Source: Squalus acanthias
Taxonomy: Eukaryota
Direction: 5' to 3'
DNA length: 64,000 nucleotides
Assembly: GCA_030390025.1 (NCBI GenBank)
Contig: CM059432.1
Location: 148,182,001-148,246,000, forward strand
Shown piece by piece: positions 62,815-64,000 of the stretch. The first letter of the stretch is position 1. Each line of letters starts with the position of its first letter. A program made the position numbers and the translations under genes. Under the pieces are notes generated by a model that was not told the DNA's origin, made no database searches, and saw only the letters and a program-made list of their open reading frames with translations.

Positions 62815-63268
62815 AGTGAAGAGATACATATAGGCACAGCATATATAGTCCTTCGAGACACACGACAACGCAAAATCGTCGAGCAGAAACTAATAGCCAA
62901 GTTCCGCACCCATGAGGACGGCCTCAACCGGGATCTTGGGTTCATGTCACGCTGCATGTAACCCCACCTGACGTAGAGTCATCCAGACTCGAGTCGTCGT
63001 TGGCTTGTTCTCTCTACACAGATGCGGCCGGACCTGCTGTGATTTCCAGCAAAAAAAGTTTTTTGTTTTCCATACAGACCCCAGCATCCACCACATTGTC
63101 TTTGATGTAATGTTTTCCTGACTGACCTGTTTGGACACCATCCACACCTTTGATTGCCGTGATTATCTCTCTGCCAAGGTGTGATAAAGGGCAGTTGGAA
63201 AGATTAACTGTAATCATCTGGCTGTGTTCTCTGACTATATATGCTGTGCCTATATGCATCTCTTCACT

Positions 63269-63305
63269 TCACCTGACGAAGGAGCAGCGCTCCGAAAGCT
63301 TGTGA
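63269..63305 (+). ncRNA. Minimal type I hammerhead ribozyme motif (family A)
   Basis: Identical to 52077-52113. Confidence 0.78.
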
Positions 63306-63528
63306 TTTCAAATAAAACTGTTGGACTATAACCTGGTGCTGTGCGACTTCTCACATTTGTCCACCCCAGTCCAACACCGGCATCTCCACATCATTGATAT
63401 AATTAGGCCATCTTTGTGATGGAGAGGTTGTGGGGTCGAATTACCAGCTCAGGATCAAACAGTGAGAAAAGATACATGGGAGATGGCAAATTCAAGGGGG
63501 TGGCCATGAATATGGTAGGAGAGTTAAT

Positions 63529-64000
63529 GGCCCGAAAGTTAGACCTAATACGCGAGAGTACGCACTGTGTACTCTCACGTATTAGGTCCCGAATTGCCGG
63601 TTTCCTGCATGCACTGCGCATGCGCGGGAAACCGGCACTTCGTGTATTGCAAAGGGGGCGGTTCCTAAGTGAACCACGTGCGCACTACAGGTTGTGCGCA
63701 CGCAGTGCACTTAGGTTTTTTTTCAGGTTTGAACGCGCAGGTAAGTGATGAAGATTTTACACATAAAGAAAGCAGGCGTAGGACCCCCTTTTAACAAGGT
63801 AAGTAGTTAATTAAGTGTTATTTTAAAAAAATTTCAACAGGTTTATCTTTTTTAGAGACTTTAAAGAAAGGTAAGTTTATTTTTATAACTTTTAAAAAGA
63901 TTTAAAATTTTTTCAAAAATTTAATTTTTTGTTTAAAGTGGTTAATTTATTTAACTATAGTTATTTTATTAATGTGATGGCTTTTTTTTTAATTTAATTG
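63529..64000 (-). mobile_element. GGCCC-ended MITE copy d, reverse orientation, cut by the window end
   Basis: Reverse complement of ~61745-62215; preceded by aat. Confidence 0.92.

Larger units (their letters stand above)
62732..63391 (+). mobile_element. Penelope-like family A insertion with inverted 5' arm
   Basis: Inverted arm 62732-62850; RKIVEQKLIAKFRTHEDGLNRD (GIY-YIG-type C-terminus); 16-bp TSD cattgatataattagg. Confidence 0.9.
61324..63528 (-). mobile_element. Old L2 LINE hosting MITE and PLE insertions
   Basis: 61324-61450 and 62216-62470 homologous to 47913-48302. Confidence 0.75.

Overview
Eukaryotic, repeat-dense vertebrate DNA. The repeat set (V-SINE/HE1-type and DeuSINE-type SINEs, many CR1 and L2 LINEs) suggests a cartilaginous fish; this is inference, not a database match. 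No intact host gene can be demonstrated. Most of the window is nested mobile DNA. It holds four decayed two-gene PIF/Harbinger transposons (convergent DDE transposase plus a 3-exon Myb/SANT gene), several non-autonomous TIR elements with 3-bp TSDs, many CR1-group and L2 LINE pieces, and two copies of a ~228-bp solo LTR. It also holds two families of short Penelope-like insertions carrying minimal hammerhead ribozyme motifs. The most interesting signals are: (1) hammerhead motifs with palindromic stem III in inverted, TSD-flanked Penelope-like units; (2) a 37/39-bp minisatellite that amplified the branch-point segment of the Harbinger Myb intron in two copies; (3) a ~750-bp MITE with compensated palindromes, promoter motifs and clustered splice donors; (4) an old fold-back element with several layers of nested insertions; (5) mosaic duplicated exon-like segments in the repeat-poor 17-26 kb region. 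Boundaries without a TSD or TIR are approximate.
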